Numbered from the whole stretch's first letter, positions 1-12,164 are shown. The stretch is DNA of 63,853 bases, filler included, from Octopus bimaculoides (GCF_001194135.2; 6 parts of 6 records of this genome joined end to end with filler, not necessarily neighbours in it); one strand, 5' to 3'. The notes: a model not told the origin generated them from the letters alone. Program-made: numbers and translations.

Positions 1-310
1 ATGAATGCATGTATGTATGCATGTATGTATGTATGTATGTGTGTATGTATGTGTGTATGTATGTATGACTGTATGTATTATGAATGTATGTATTATGAAT
101 GCATGTATTATGAATGTATGTATGTATGAATGTATGTATGTATGTATGTATGAATGTATGTATGTATGTATGAATGTATGTATGTATGTATGTATGTATG
201 AATGTATGTATGTATGAATGTATGTATGTATGTATGAATGTATGTGTGTATGTATGTATGAATGTATGAATGTATGTATGTATGTATGTATGAATGTATG
301 TATGTATGCA
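1..310. repeat. (ATGT)n tetranucleotide microsatellite with ATGA variants
   Basis: Direct reading of the sequence; produces the spurious MYVC/HTYI ORFs. Confidence 0.95.
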
Positions 311-317
311 TTGTCAC

Positions 318-735
318 TTCTTTTACTCTCTCTTTACTCTCCCTTTTACTTCTTTCAGTCATTTGACTGCGGCCATGCTGGAGTAAATCGACCCTAGGAC
401 TTATTCTTTGTAAGCTTAGTACTTATTCTATCGGATCTCTTTTTGCCGAACCACTAAGTTACGGGGACGTAAACACACCACCATCGGTTGTCAAGCGATG
501 TTGGGGGGACAAACACAGACACACAAACATATACATACACATACATATATGTATATATATACACATATATACGACGGGATTCCTTCAGTTTCCGTCTACC
601 AAATCCACTCACAAGGCTTTGGTCGGCCCGAGGCTATAGTAGAAGACACTTGCCCAAGATGCCACGCACTGGGACTGAACCCAGAACCACGTGGTTGTTA
701 AGCAAGCTACTTACTACACAGCCACTCCCGCGCCT
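318..735 (-). mobile_element. tRNA-derived SINE, family A (head on minus strand GGCGCGGGAGTGGCTGTGTAG...GGTTCAGTCCC)
   Basis: Near-identical to 13232-13637 and partial copies at 42990-43155; A-box/B-box-like motifs at the minus-strand 5' end, internal (CA)/(TA) microsatellite, AAAGAGT-like tail. Confidence 0.9.
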
Positions 736-904
736 TCGATCTTTATATAATAATTGCTTCAAATTTTGACACAATGCCAGGAATTTCGGGAGATGGGATA
801 AGTCGATTATATCGTCCCCCCTACTCAGTTGGTAGTTATTTTATCGGTCGGCGGGGGGGGGATGAAACGCTAAGTCCATCTCGGCCTAACTAAATTTTTA
901 TATA

Positions 905-1093
905 ATAAAAGCACAAGGCTTAAATTTTGGGATGGGGGCTGGTCAATTATGTCGACCCCAGTACGTAACTGGTGGTTATTTCATCGATCTTGACAGGATG
1001 AAAGGCTACGTCGACCGCGGCGGAATTTGAAGTCAGGAACGTAAAGACGGACGAAATGCCGCTGACCATTTTGCCTGGCGTGCTCGCCGCCTT
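905..1093 (-). mobile_element. tRNA-derived SINE, family B (diverged); a second partial copy lies at about 745-880
   Basis: Reverse-complement similarity to 33226-33454 (GGCGGCGAG head, GTTCAAATTCCGCC B-box region, CTTTCATCC...TCGATAAA central motif). Confidence 0.8.
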
Positions 1094-1707
1094 ACATCTT
1101 TATCATAATGATGATTGTTAAATCTGTCTATCCGTAGCATAACTTCCAATTTTATTCGCCCCCCACTTCTTTTCTTACCTTTCTTTCTCTCTTTCTATCT
1201 CTGTGTCTGTGTCTGTCTGTCTGTATGTAGGTGTCTCTCTCGCCCTCCCGCCTTCCCTTTCTCTCTCTCTCTCTTTCTGCGTGTATGTTAGTATGCATAT
1301 ATGCAACATCACTTCTGATTAGATAAAGTAATAGTTATATACAATTAGTGCACAACGATGCCTTGCTGCCCAAAACTGCAACTTGAACTGCAACAAAATG
1401 CAAAGATGTTTTAGCTGCCTAATAGCGATTAGTCGCAGGTCAATCCTTTGGTTTGCAATCACAAACATAAAGTGAGCAGCCATGACCAGAAAAGGATAAG
1501 ATTATGAACAGGCAAAACAATTGAGATCAGATTAGACTATGACATTTGCATCTATGAACATGATTGTACATGAGTGTAGGACATAAGAAGGAAGAAAGGA
1601 AAGAAGTATTTCCTTCCTTCTTTATGATCTTTACGCAGGTAACATCAGGGTGAACATTGTCTGCTCTTACTTTTATCATTTTATCTGTGTGTGCGTGTAT
1701 ATATATG

Positions 1708-1766
<59 letters not shown>

Positions 1767-2041
1767 NNNNNNNNNNNNNNNNNNNNNNNNNNNNNNNNNN
1801 NNNNNNNNNNNNNNNNNNNNNNNNNNNNNNNNNNNNNNNNNNNNNNNNNNNNNNNNNNNNNNNNNNNNNNNNNNNNNNNNNNNNNNNNNNNNNNNNNNNN
1901 NNNNNNNNNNNNNNNNNNNNNNNNNNNNNNNNNNNNNNNNNNNNNNNNNNNNNNNNNNNNNNNNNNNNNNNNNNNNNNNNNNNNNNNNNNNNNNNNNNNN
2001 NNNNNNNNNNNNNCACACACACTCTCTCTCTCTCTTTCTCT

Positions 2042-2094
<53 letters not shown>

Positions 2095-2399
2095 TTGTAT
2101 TCACGTGTATGTATGTATGTACGTATGTATGTATGTATGCATGTGTGCATGTATGTATGTATGTACGTATGTATGTATGTGTGCATGTATGTATGTATGT
2201 ATGTGTGTATGTAGAAACTCTTGTAACAGATGCACTTTGATGTAGAATTTCCAGAGAAAACGTCAGCAAATTTAAGCAAGATGCTGCTCACCACACTTTA
2301 TATTGGTAAAATAATCCGGGATTGACGCTTAATATTAGCCATCATGACTTAGATGATCTTCGATAAGATAACGTTGATTTTTTTTTCTATCGAAATGGA

Positions 2400-3860
2400 A
2401 CTACAGTGTCATCATTGCAACAATTCCATGTTTTCTGGAATCGTATTAATTGAAAGGATTCACATTCTGGAGACAATACATGAGAAGCAAAGTATTTAAA
2501 TCGTTATATAAGAAAATTCGATGGTGCCATGTCCAATATGTTCTATGGAACTAAACGATGCTACAGAGACTAGAAGACTTGCTGCTTACTGAATTCATGG
2601 AGTTGTATACAGGTTTGTTGGTCATACAAGAAACGAAATACATAGCGTACAGTCCTGCCTACGTACTTGTGTCTCATAGAACAGATAAGGCAACGCATTG
2701 AAAGAACGCCTAGGAGTAATGCTGAATAAGTTCTCGATGAAATAATATTTTGGAAATTATATTCGGCTCTGACATCTGCCGGAAATAGTTACTAGCTGTC
2801 TTACTTATCAGTGCAAAAACAAATTGATGTTGGAAATGTTCCCACAAATTTACAGATAGATTTACACGCTGATAAGAAGTCAGTTGATGAACATTCCATG
2901 ACATGTTAATTACAATCTTGCAATGAACTTGCCATACTAATACCAGATTTTCATAAATAAGGAGCAAATAATTCACAAAGAATGATTCCAACAGATTTTA
3001 GAGTAGGAAATAAGCTTGAAAATTTATAAACTGCCAGTGACTCTCATAAATTTTATGATCCAATGATGCAGCCATGTTTCTTCCCTTCCGGTTCAAATAG
3101 CTGGCATCTTGCGTCATCAGATAAGATGGTCAACCAGCAAATGACCCTTATATAGTTTAATTGCTTCATTCTGATTGCTATCAGTTAATACATTACACCA
3201 TGGACAACGTTTGTTTTACCAGTATTGAGATGAATATAAGTAAAAGTCTTGTCTTCTAAAATACTTTCGCGGCCATCAAGCTACATTGAGAACAGAATTA
3301 CGTAATGTTTTTACAGATGCTGTTTACACTGTTGATGTTGATCTTACAAGTCACAGGTATACACTGCCAAGTTCATTTGTAGGTAGTGATGGATATATAG
3401 CGAAGCACTACCAAGATGTTGTGGCTGTTGTAAGAACAGTTGGAAAACCTACTTTATTTGTGATTTTCACATGTAATCTAAAGTGGCGAGAAGTAGAAAA
3501 CGAGCTTATTAGAGGGTAAAGAGCTGTTGATGACCCAAATATTACTGTAAAGATTAAGTTGAAGCGGCAGCTATGATTGAAAGACATTAAATCTGGTCTC
3601 CTTGGAAAAATAATTGTTTATGTGAAAGCAATTGTAATTTAAAAAAAAAAAGATTATCTTTTTGTCACTTTCCATTTATAATAGAGAATAGTCACATGAC
3701 TTAGCAAGACAGAGATAAAGTTGTCAGTTCTTAATTACCAGATCCACATAATGCTTGCACAACGCATTTTCACAGTTTGATGAGCAAAAACATGATTCAC
3801 GGTCCGTGCTAAGCAGATCATCCTATTTCTTCCTATATGAAGGATGGTTGCTGTACAAAT
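2400..3860 (+). mobile_element. Decayed Helitron Rep/helicase (Rep domain) pseudogene fragment
   Basis: ORF 3286-3519 reads LPSSFVGS..Y....YQD..AVVRTVGKPTLFVIFTCNLKW.EV, matching the Helitron Rep motif LPSSF.GS.RYM...YQDAMAI.R..GKPDLF.TFTCNP.W.EI. MIHGPC follows at 3792-3809. Many stops and frameshifts; outer bounds approximate. Confidence 0.85.
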
Positions 3861-4671
3861 TTAATTAACATCAATTTAAAACCAGTGGCCTAGCATATAA
3901 AAAATCTGAAAATTCAAAAAGTTGTATTACACATTTATATATATATATATATATATNNNNNNNNNNNNNNNNNNNNNNNNNNNNNNNNNNNNNNNNNNNN
4001 NNNNNNNNNNNNNNNNNNNNNNNNNNNNNNNNNNNNNNNNNNNNNNNNNNNNNNNNNNNNNNNNNNNNNNNNNNNNNNNNNNNNNNNNNNNNNNNNNNNN
4101 NNNNNNNNNNNNNNNNNNNNNNNNNNNNNNNNNNNNNNNNNNNNNNNNNNNNNNNNNNNNNNNNNNNNNNNNNNNNNNNNNNNNNNNNNNNNNNNNNNNN
4201 NNNNNNNNNNNNNNNNNNNNNNNNNNNNNNNNNNNNNNNNNNNNNNNNNNNNNNNNNNNNNNNNNNNNNNNNNNNNNNNNNNNNNNNNNNNNNNNNNNNN
4301 NNNNNNNNNNNNNNNNNNNNNNNNNNNNNNNNNNNNNNNNNNNNNNNNNNNNNNNNNNNNNNNNNNNNNNNNNNNNNNNNNNNNNNNNNNNNNNNNNNNN
4401 NNNNNNNNNNNNNNNNNNNNNNNNNNNNNNNNNNNNNNNNNNNNNNNNNNNNNNNNNNNNNNNNNNNNNNNNNNNNNNNNNNNNNNNNNNNNNNNNNNNN
4501 NNNNNNNNNNNNNNNNNNNNNNNNNNNNNNNNNNNNNNNNNNNNNNNNNNNNNNNNNNNNNNNNNNNNNNNNNNNNNNNNNNNNNNNNNNNNNNNNNNNN
4601 NNNNNNNNNNNNNNNNNNNNNNNNNNNNNNNNNNNNNNNNNNNNNNNNNNNNNNNNNNNNNNNNNNNNNNN

Positions 4672-4734
<63 letters not shown>

Positions 4735-4765
4735 TGAACCTAGCTATCTATATTTATCCTCACAG

Positions 4766-4976
4766 AATGTTGATCAACATTGAAGAAAAAAAGCAAGAGA
4801 AAGAGGTCCAGAAACAGGAACAGAAGCATTTGACCCAGCTGGCCGAGGAATGGGCGAACGAAATCCGTCAACTGGAGAAAGAAAAAAAAGAGAAGTCCTT
4901 GAAATTTGCTGCAGAACGCAAGGAACGAATAAAAGGGGATGCAGAGCTTAGAGAACTTGAAAAGAAGAAAGAAGAG
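4766..4976 (+). CDS. Internal coding exon of a host gene; E/K/Q-rich coiled-coil protein (trichohyalin-like or ciliary coiled-coil type, unidentified)
   Basis: Acceptor TTATCCTCACAG|A, donor GAG|GTAAGA; 1+210 nt, open, non-repetitive codons: MLINIEEKKQEKEVQKQEQKHLTQLAEEWANEIRQLEKEKKEKSLKFAAERKERIKGDAELRELEKKKEE. Phase 2 in, phase 0 out. Confidence 0.8.
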
Positions 4977-5437
4977 GTAAGATTCTCTGTCAGTCACGGT
5001 TGATATTATCATAATATATGTCCTTACCCGCGCATAGACCAAGTTCTGATCATACACTTACATGCGTACGCATGCTAAATCATCATGCGTGCACACATAT
5101 GCCAGTAATTTGTTGTACCCATGGTTATGTTAGTATATGTTTAAGTGAGGCTCTGAGAAATATGAACTTTCAAAGACAGTGGCCAGTCAACACACACATT
5201 ACAAAATACAGTATGTAAACAGAACAATAAAAATATGAAAGTTGCTATTCACATTGTAATGGTTGAGTTTTGTTTCTTTGTTGAAAACCAATTTGTTCCT
5301 CGTCAGTTGAATTCAAATGATTTAAAAGAAGAAAGGGACATAAACACATCCAGAGATGCATACATACACAACATGAAGATATACGCACAATCGCAGGTGT
5401 ACATAAGGTATACACACACACATGTAAAGTAATCACT

Positions 5438-5472
<35 letters not shown>

Positions 5473-6680
5473 ACAAACACACACATGTACACACATGCGC
5501 ACACATGCACACTCCAATACTAATTCGACGTGCACAGCCATTGCATGAAAGTAAATATAATCTCACATAAACTGATATATTTTCACTTAGTAACTCGCTC
5601 TTCTCACACATTCGCGAGTTCCTGGAACTGAATTGTCCGCAAATAAGTCACACTTTGATTGTGACCTGTTTCAGATAGGAAATTCTGGTAGATGAATATG
5701 TTTGGTGAATAGTAAAAATGAAGTGTTAATCAATCACAAACAATTTATTCAAGACTTTCAAATATTACACGAGAATAATTTGAACCAGCTCTTTTGTTAA
5801 TGGATAAAATACTACGTTACCTTGTGACTGGAACTTTGAACACTTTGAAATCCTATACATGTAACACAAATTTAAATTTACTTATTAGCTAATTAGAGTA
5901 GTTACATCGTTCTCTGTTCTGATTGAACAAACCTACAATAAACGTCATTCCGACTGTTCCCATCCAGTGTTTTTTCTGTATTTTCAAGATTACATCGCCC
6001 TCTGTAACCTTCTCGTTTTTAAAGATGCTGGTGTATGACATGGGAGTGATACAGCTGCCGTTTCTAAGAGGCCGAGCGGCTACACAGGTCCCTCCTTTTA
6101 GTGATTTACCACTAACATCACAAAGGATCGCAGACTGCACTGAATGATATAATCAGCCGGAGTAACAGCGGAATGATTTCAATATTGCATGTCAGGCTAA
6201 CAATAATGATTAACTTCAAAATCAATGTTGTTTTCGTGGAGTTCATACCATTATTATCGTTTTCAGCAGCATGAAACTATGTAAATAGATTTATGATAGG
6301 ATATCAGTATATAACACTGAGTACTAGAAGGTTCGATTAATTGAGTTCGTCAATGCAATTAGTAGTCCAACCTTTAAAGAATGAGAACCAGTAGTTTGAT
6401 TCGAGTAGAATGAACTCTAACTCTATTAAAGGTACCCACTGACCATATTGTGGTGATATGTTATGGACTCAGAGTATGATTATCTTCACGTAAAAGAAAC
6501 AATTGACAAACATACTTTTGAAGTGTTAACTTTCTGTGGTATTCTTTTGTGACAGGAGGAAGATAAAGCATGCGAAGTTTATGCGAATGCAAAACGAGAT
6601 ATGCTGAAAATGAGAGAGAAACGAAATAAGGAATTGCGAGAGTAAGTATACATCCCAATATGTGTATTCTGTTTTGATTG

Positions 6681-6712
<32 letters not shown>

Positions 6713-6854
6713 CGTGTGTGTGTGTGTGTGCGTGTGTGTGTGCGCGCGCGCGCGCGCGATTTCTGATTTGTTTTATAGAGTCATCACCAGCAGAGATGGT
6801 ATCCAACTCAGGAACAAAGCTTCAATTATGTAAATAGATTCGTATATGCGTATG

Positions 6855-7124
6855 TGTTGTAATGAGAGTTACGACGCCCCCTTGCGAGAGATAGAATGGT
6901 CCGAGTAAAGTATAAATAGAAACGATCCAAGTGAGTGCATAAGTTCAGAGTTCGGAGTCAAGTAAAGTTCGTGTTATTTCGCAGTACATTCGGGAGGTGT
7001 CGGTTGGTTAGTTCACGAGGGATATTGATTGTTGGTTCGTAAAGAGATTTGTTAGTTCGTTACATTGTTTTTACTGTTGTCTAAGTTGTCTTATTTATTG
7101 TACGTAACAAATTACATTACAACA
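6855..7124 (+). mobile_element. 5' LTR (270 bp) of a Ty3/Gypsy retrotransposon
   Basis: Starts TGTTGTAATG and ends CATTACAACA (perfect 10-bp terminal inverted repeat, TG...CA); TATAAAT at 6911; followed by PBS and gag. Confidence 0.85.
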
Positions 7125-7126
7125 TC

Positions 7127-7138
7127 TGGCGACCAGGG
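7127..7138 (+). promoter_or_regulatory. Primer-binding site TGGCGACCAGGG
   Basis: Begins 3 nt after the LTR end (2-nt spacer TC); one mismatch in the first 11 nt to TGGCGACGAGG, the complement of the metazoan tRNA-Ser(GCU) 3' end (from memory of that tRNA). Confidence 0.7.
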
Positions 7139-7194
7139 TTTCGAAGTTCGCCTAGGTTATTCAGCAATTTGTTCGTAATACAACGTCTTAAATA

Positions 7195-8290
7195 ATGAAA
7201 CGCCTATTAGCTTCCATTGCACAGTTGCAAAAGCAACAAGAGCAGCAACAGGAGTTACTATTACAGCAACAACTACAACAACAACAATTATTGGAGCTAC
7301 ATTCAGAGAAGTCCAAAAATGAAGTAAGTTCGTTTTCGCCAGACGGCATTTCGAACTTGATTAATGAATTCAGTTATAATACAAGGGAAAGTATAACTTT
7401 TGCATCGTTCTACATAAGGTACGAGGATATATCTAAACAATATTGCAAATCACGGTCGGACGAACAAAAAGTGAAATTGTTATTGCGAAAATTAGTTCAA
7501 TTACAGCATGAACGTTACTGTAATTTCATATTGCCCCAAAAAACCAATGAAATTTGTTTTAAAGAAATAATAGAATTACTTTCTCACATATTCGGTGATA
7601 AAAATTCTCTATTTAACACCTAAATAGAGTGTTGTATTATAATGAAAAAAAAATGATGATTTTATCACATACGAAGGAACAGTCAAGAGGATGTGTGAAA
7701 ATTTTAAACTCAAAGAACTTATACCTGAGATGTTCAAGTATCTTACAGCAAGTGAAGATACAGAAATTCGGGCAAGAATTCTTTCTGAATTGGAACAAGT
7801 GAATCAAGATCTAACCTCACAGTCCATGGCAGAAGAATGTCAAAGGATGGTAAACCTGAAACACGATGTAGGAAAAATTCAAAAATTCCTCAAAAATACA
7901 GATATGTCGACCAGAAAAGTACAACCAAAAAAGAGCGCCACGTCTTAATTCATGTTATTGATGTGGGGGCATACATTTCAGAAAAGACTATCCGTTTAAA
8001 AATCAAAAATGTTACTGTTGCAAAAGAATTGGTCACAAGAGTTCACACTGCAAGACAAAATTACAAAGGTCAAACCTTAAAATCCTAGAGTGCTCTCAGC
8101 CGAAAACAAAAATCGACTCCCAAATAAGAAAATCCGTATACGTAAAAATAAATGGAATACATATTAAACTCCAGTTGGATACTGGAAGTGATATTTCAGT
8201 AATAAATATGGACATATGGAAAAAATAGGGAAAAACCTATCTTGAGAAAAACAGCGAAACCTGATCGTAGCGTGACAGGTGACAAATTAC
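7195..8290 (+). mobile_element. Disrupted Gypsy gag-protease, 3'-truncated
   Basis: Q-rich gag start (7195-7623). Double zinc-knuckle remnant CY*CGGIHFRKDYPFKNQKCYCCKRIGHKSSHC at about 7950-8050. Aspartic protease motif LQLDTGSDISVIN (DTG at 8178-8186). No RT, integrase or 3' LTR seen. Confidence 0.85.
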
Positions 8291-8423
8291 ATATATAATT
8301 CATACACACATGTATCTATTTATGTTAAAACATTATTTTATATATTAATTTAAGTCTAAATATTATGAACCTGACTATTAGAATGCAGGAGATAACTATA
8401 TGTATGAAAATTGTAAAAAATAG

Positions 8424-8501
<78 letters not shown>

Positions 8502-9664
8502 GTGTGTGCGTGTGTGCGCGCGCATATATAGATAGATAGATAACTAAACTTCTGTATGATAATATGCATGCGTGTATACGTACATGTGTGTGTATGTATA
8601 CATAGATGATAGGTATATGTGTGCAAATATAAGTATATAGAAAAATTATGAGTTAGAGGTTATGCAGCCGTCTAAGGGATAAATGTATCCGTAGGCTTTA
8701 CTGGTGTCTTACCTAACTATGTATAGGCCTTGCTATAAGGTTAATAGCAGTTGGTAATTTAAATAGTCCTTTTTTCCCTTTTTCTTTTCCTTTTCCTTTT
8801 TCTCCTGTCTATATTTCTCGGATAAACTAAATCATTCTGACGATCTTTGTTACATGGAACGTGATAAATGCAAATTTACCTAAAACAATAACAAACTGAA
8901 ACAGCTGTAAATGTTATTTTAACTTCAATTAAACTGTGACCATTTAATACCAATGATCAACTTCTAATTGTTAACTGTTGCTCCATTTCTTTTCTTATCT
9001 ATAATATATATGTATATATGAATGTGTGTATTATGCAATAAAATCGGTTATAGAAGGAATATTTATAGATTTAAATTTAGGAATTTACGAAATTTCAGAT
9101 TATTTACTTATTTATGATTAAGCTCGCTCTTATGAAGCGTTTTCGTGAAGACTTAGCAATCATAAATATTTTCAATTGATATTTTTCGTCAAATATTTAA
9201 ACAGATATGTCTATCCGATGAAGCATCATTACATATTTAAACGGATTTGATTATTCTTGAAAAACTTCGTTTTATTAATGAAGCAGAAACAGTTGTAATT
9301 TATGAGATGTGTCATTTATTTGTATAAAATATTTAAATTGAATTGAACTTATATTTGTCCAATTTATTGTTTTGGTTTCCATTTCTTNNNNNNNNNNNNN
9401 NNNNNNNNNNNNNNNNNNNNNNNNNNNNNNNNNNNNNNNNNNNNNNNNNNNNNNNNNNNNNNNNNNNNNNNNNNNNNNNNNNNNNNNNNNNNNNNNNNNN
9501 NNNNNNNNNNNNNNNNNNNNNNNNNNNNNNNNNNNNNNNNNNNNNNNNNNNNNNNNNNNNNNNNNNNNNNNNNNNNNNNNNNNNNNNNNNNNNNNNNNNN
9601 NNNNNNNNNNNNNNNNNNNNNNNNNNNNNNNNTGTATATTAAAATAGTAACAGAGAAAGAAGTG

Positions 9665-9740
9665 ATGCTTCTTCGTTCAAATTGCTTCTTCGTTCAAATT
9701 GCTTCTTCGTTCAAATTGCTTCTTCGCTCAAATTGCTTCA
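9665..9740. repeat. 17-bp tandem repeat (TGCTTCTTCGTTCAAAT) x about 4
   Basis: GCTTC recurs at 9667, 9684, 9701, 9718 and 9735. Confidence 0.9.
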
Positions 9741-10310
9741 ACATGCTTCTAATTTGTCACTGGGCCGATAGCGGCAAATTGTGTATATACATATAAAGAT
9801 ATATAGAGAGAGGGAGAAGAGTAGTTAAAAAAACTCCATGTGTGTCGAATGGCCGTTGTTTTTAAATGAAACAAGGGCATTTCTCTTTGGTACGAAAATG
9901 ATGTAAGGCGAGCGAGATAAATGAAGTCCATCTTAAAGTCATCGTAGTTAATGCAAAACTAGTTCCACCTTTAATGTACAAACTAAAGAAATCGACTTTA
10001 AAAATCAATTTAACTTAAATAAGTACATACTACGACCTTCAGTTGTATATTCCATATTTCATGAAAAAAACATGCATAACTTTAAGATATATATTTACCT
10101 TCATTTATCGACATCGATTCGTAATTCAAGGTATGCAATATTCGAAAATAGTAAAAGAGAGAGAAGTCATGCTTCCTCGTTCATATCGGAACACATTTCT
10201 AATCTGTCGCTGGGCCGATAGTGGCAAATTGTGTATATGAATATAATGATATAGAGAAGAGGAGAAGAGCAGTTTGTATCTTTTAACTGCTCTTCTCCCT
10301 TCTCTATATC

Positions 10311-10387
<77 letters not shown>

Positions 10388-10431
10388 NNNNNNNNNNNNN
10401 NNNNNNNNNNNNNNNNNNNNNNNNNNNNNNN

Positions 10432-10465
<34 letters not shown>

Positions 10466-11029
10466 CATAATACATATATATATACTATTTGTTATTGCAA
10501 GTGGCAATCTATACGTATGTATGTCTACATTTACATATGTTTGTATGGCTACACGTGTGTATCTCTTAATAATAACAGTAGCAATGGCAGCCGATATAAA
10601 TGTTGGTCGGGTGGTTCGTTTTGCCGTGACGATCTACTTTGTATAGAGAGAATGAAGAGGAGAGATAATGGAAAGAGAGAGTGAGGGAAAGAGAGCTAAC
10701 CAAAGAGGTGCTGTATGCAGGCACGTACTAGGATTGGTGGCAGGCAATGAATAAGAAAACGCTACATACTCACACTGTGAGACAGAAAGAAACAAAGACA
10801 AAGAAAGAACAGTAGGAGGAGGAGGAAATAGAAAAGTAGTTATACAAATGCGAAATTTCCTTTATCTAATTTTTAATTAATATTCATCTCATCATTTTGC
10901 ATGAGAACCATGTAGTATGATAAAATTTAAATTGCAATCATTGTATGTTTGCCATATTTCCTGGTTTTACCGATGGTGGCAAAAGTGTACTTCCAGTGTT
11001 ATCTGTCATATGATGTGTGTCACTCTAGT

Positions 11030-11370
11030 ATATAAATAGTAGAAGCTAAACTCCTGGAATTTATATACCGATTCTAGTATCAGCAGATTTCTCATTATTT
11101 CACCATGGATGTTTTCTTTTCCGTTCACCTTTAACTTTATCCAACATTATCTGCTGGGCAACTGTTGTCTACTACTTTACACCCTTTCTTTTATCTGTCC
11201 CAGACCTTTTTGTCTGGTTTGTTCTACCGATATTTTACAAACGTTTTTGACAGGAATATTCCACTCATGACAAGGGTGAACATGCCGTCAACTTCACTGT
11301 AACGTCTTATGTCTTGAACTTTGAGGAAATCCTTTAATCGGATTGTAGTATATGGTGTTTTTGAATAGTT
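11030..11370 (-). mobile_element. Possible RTE-like LINE ORF2 C-terminal remnant
   Basis: Minus strand reads VAQQIMLDKVKGERKRKHPW, resembling the RTE motif IM.GK..GKR.RGRP..RW; weak. Confidence 0.3.
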
Positions 11371-11379
11371 TGTTCGTTG

Positions 11380-11456
11380 AATTGACTATATATATATAAA
11401 TAAACCCCAATTGACTATATAAATAAACTCCAATTGACTATATAAATAAACCCCAA
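11380..11456. repeat. 23-bp tandem repeat AATTGACTATATAAATAAACCCC x 3
   Basis: AATTGAC at 11380, 11409 and 11432 (first unit has extra TA). Confidence 0.9.
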
Positions 11457-11779
11457 CTACGGATGACACCAGGTAGCCCAAACTTTGTCAGTGCTTTACT
11501 CAGTACATCAGCACACTAACCGACGTATACTCATTAGTCCAAAAGTAACAAAGATATACAGGGGTCAATTTATTACAGCCGTTACAAGCGGCTCCATTTA
11601 ATTGATTAATGAAAACATTACATCAATTTGAAAGAAACCGTTCTCGTCGGGTGACCACATAGACTTCAAACAAATGAACCATTTTTTAACAAATTTACAT
11701 CAATAATGGAAACCAAAATATTTACATTGTTTCCTTATGTTATATCTGTAGCAGAATGCATACATACATATATACATAC

Positions 11780-11995
11780 ATATATACATATACATTATTA
11801 TGATTGACCGTTGACTGAACACTATTCAATTTTTTTTCTCCGTGTTTTTCTCCTTGTCTCCGTATACTTTCTGTTGAAGAGCGTAGCTCGAAACGTCAAA
11901 GACTTTCCGTATTCCTGAGCGTCATACTAATACATCCCTTTGTTATTTACACCACCTGTCCTCGTCTGTTGTTGTTTTTTCGTACATTCTCCCAT
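11780..11995 (+). mobile_element. Non-coding interspersed repeat, Penelope-like terminal fragment with hammerhead-like motif (11867-11901)
   Basis: Shares GAAACGT(C/A) and CC(T/C)GAGCGTC..TAATAC motifs with 15655-15842 (-) and 37440-37660 (-). The PLE link is inferred from the hammerhead-like motif only. Confidence 0.55.
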
Positions 11996-12111
11996 NNNNN
12001 NNNNNNNNNNNNNNNNNNNNNNNNNNNNNNNNNNNNNNNNNNNNNNNNNNNNNNNNNNNNNNNNNNNNNNNNNNNNNNNNNNNNNNNNNNNNNNNNNNNN
12101 NNNNNNNNNNN

Positions 12112-12164
12112 ATTTGCTTCACCATATACCGAAGTTCAGAACTTCGGTATATGGTGAAGCAAAT
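12112..12164. repeat. Perfect 26-bp inverted repeat with 1-nt spacer, abutting an N gap
   Basis: ATTTGCTTCACCATATACCGAAGTTC-A-GAACTTCGGTATATGGTGAAGCAAAT. Confidence 0.95.
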
